DNA of 60,637 nucleotides, counting the filler, from Hausera hauseri (Eukaryota), in the NCBI GenBank assembly GCA_046269625.1. It is 11 parts of 11 records of this genome, joined end to end, with 100 filler letters (N's around TTAATTAATTAA, not from the genome) between each part and the next. Parts side by side here need not be neighbours in the genome. Positions count along the whole stretch, not along the records: positions 56,424 to 60,637 come from JBJURY010696882.1; 10 more parts are not named here. One strand, given 5' to 3'. The notes beneath the pieces were generated by a model. The model saw only the letters and a program-made list of their open reading frames with translations, ran no database searches and had not been told where the DNA came from. Numbering within the stretch: position 1 is the first letter of the stretch; every line of letters starts with the position of its first letter. The position numbers were made by a program, and so were the translations under genes. Below are positions 59,231 to 60,637 of the stretch, in pieces.

Positions 59231-60637
59231 ATCTAGCTTCGATCATTACTTGTGTACGATATCGGGATTATGTGGCAAATGTTAAATAGTTAAACTTCCA
59301 TTGTCATTAAATAATTTGGGAATGGACAAATTGTATTTGATGATGACAATTGATGCTTAACTATTTTGTAAACACTATTAAGTATCAAAAAGTAATAAAT
59401 GTCTGTGAAAACCAGACTATCTACACAAATATTTCAAGGAAATTAAGTAAAAAAGAAAGGCATGTTAAAGGAGTAATAATTTATTTAAATAAAATACACG
59501 TAGAAAAATAAATACCAGAAGTGGACCAATTTCTCATACATCGTTGATGCTCTGTTATACTTAATAACAGTAAATATTAGTGGGAGGAAAGGAGGACAAG
59601 GCCCCAAGCCCCCTCCTCCGGAGGAAAAATTGATGTGGTTCGCGGACGAGTCTTTGATAGGAAAAACGATACACACACGCACTTTTAATAGGGCAGAGAT
59701 GGGAGACAGTCATGAAAATGATACACACAAGCACATGTACTATATGGATTCGGAGTGGTTTAAAAATTTGAATTTGAGCGCCAAAACTTTTTTTGTTTTA
59801 ATTTTGACGGTCAGGTATAAATATAGGCCTTAAAACTAGGTGAATGAAAAATGTCTCTGACAACTGACTCAAAAACATTCTTATTTCAAAATGCGAATGA
59901 CTGCTGCTTCAGTGTTACAGTTGAAAGAAGAAACGCACGGAACATGGAATGAAGTGCAAAACTTGTTCGCTACAAATGACGATCGTGTGTATATGGTACC
60001 ATAGATATTGTTTGACGTGATACGAAACAGATTGATTAATGTCAGTCCCATGATCGGTAAAATAATCCGAATTGTGGAAGAATTTCAAAACAGTCAGAAG
60101 GAACTGAACAACGTAATTAATGACTTTACTAAATGTGGACAATGATATTTGTAATATAATAAATCTTGTAATCAGTGACTTGTTTCTATTGCTATAGAAC
60201 ACAAAACACAAAAGTTTTATTATATAACAACTACAGTTTACTAATAATAATAATACACTAAACATGCATGTTTTTAGATTTTCTTCGTTCCATCTCTTTC
60301 GCACTAACATTCATTAAGATATCAATGTTATATATTGGGGTGGCCCTTATTCAACTCCCGCTATATAACAATAGTTTCACTTGAAATTTCGAATCTTATG
60401 CGGTTCGGTCTACCGTAATCGGACAGACAGAATGTATCTTAACGATTTTAAAATTATGTCGGTAAATGCGTGCGGTCCTGTGCTGAGGATTAAATTTGTC
60501 ACTCTTAGCTATGTAAATTACACTCGAAATTTACCCTTAATGTGGTCTAATCACTCTTAAGGGGCGATAGAAATTATACGTAGATTGAAGCAAGAAAACT
60601 TTACCGATTACTTTAATTTTCACGACACGAATACAAT

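Noticed and set aside
60320-60440. Small hairpin and GACA microsatellite resembling a Helentron-associated element
   Set aside because: Similarity is too short and the window ends before any boundary can be defined.

Overview
This AT-rich eukaryotic (invertebrate-like) window is not one continuous locus. It is 11 short contigs joined by ten identical 100-nt artificial linkers (N44-TTAATTAATTAA-N44), so adjacency across a linker has no biological meaning. Most of the content is transposable elements: several decayed CsRn1/Kabuki-type Ty3/Gypsy elements, a Polinton/Maverick-type pPolB pseudogene, Tc1 and hAT remnants, a solo LTR, a tandem repeat family, and host-gene fragments (UBE4B/Ufd2, MSH6, dynein heavy chain, kringle+FN3). 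The main discovery candidate is a large, virus-like Ty3/Gypsy lineage seen in four contigs (1-8603, 13984-20854, 38330-41641, 51422-54809; all minus strand). Overlapping these related copies by homology gives the inferred order: LTR/PBS - gag (CCHC) - ~3.3 kb accessory region with a ubiquitin-like domain - chuvirus-like glycoprotein with PTAP and LYPx3L late-domain motifs in its tail - protease-RT-RNaseH-integrase - internal signal peptide + three FN3-like repeats + TM - catalytically degenerate REX4/ISG20-like DEDDh exonuclease. The fusogen-like gene lies upstream of pol, and a second unrelated membrane protein is fused behind the integrase. Domain calls are from motif recognition by eye; no database search was run.
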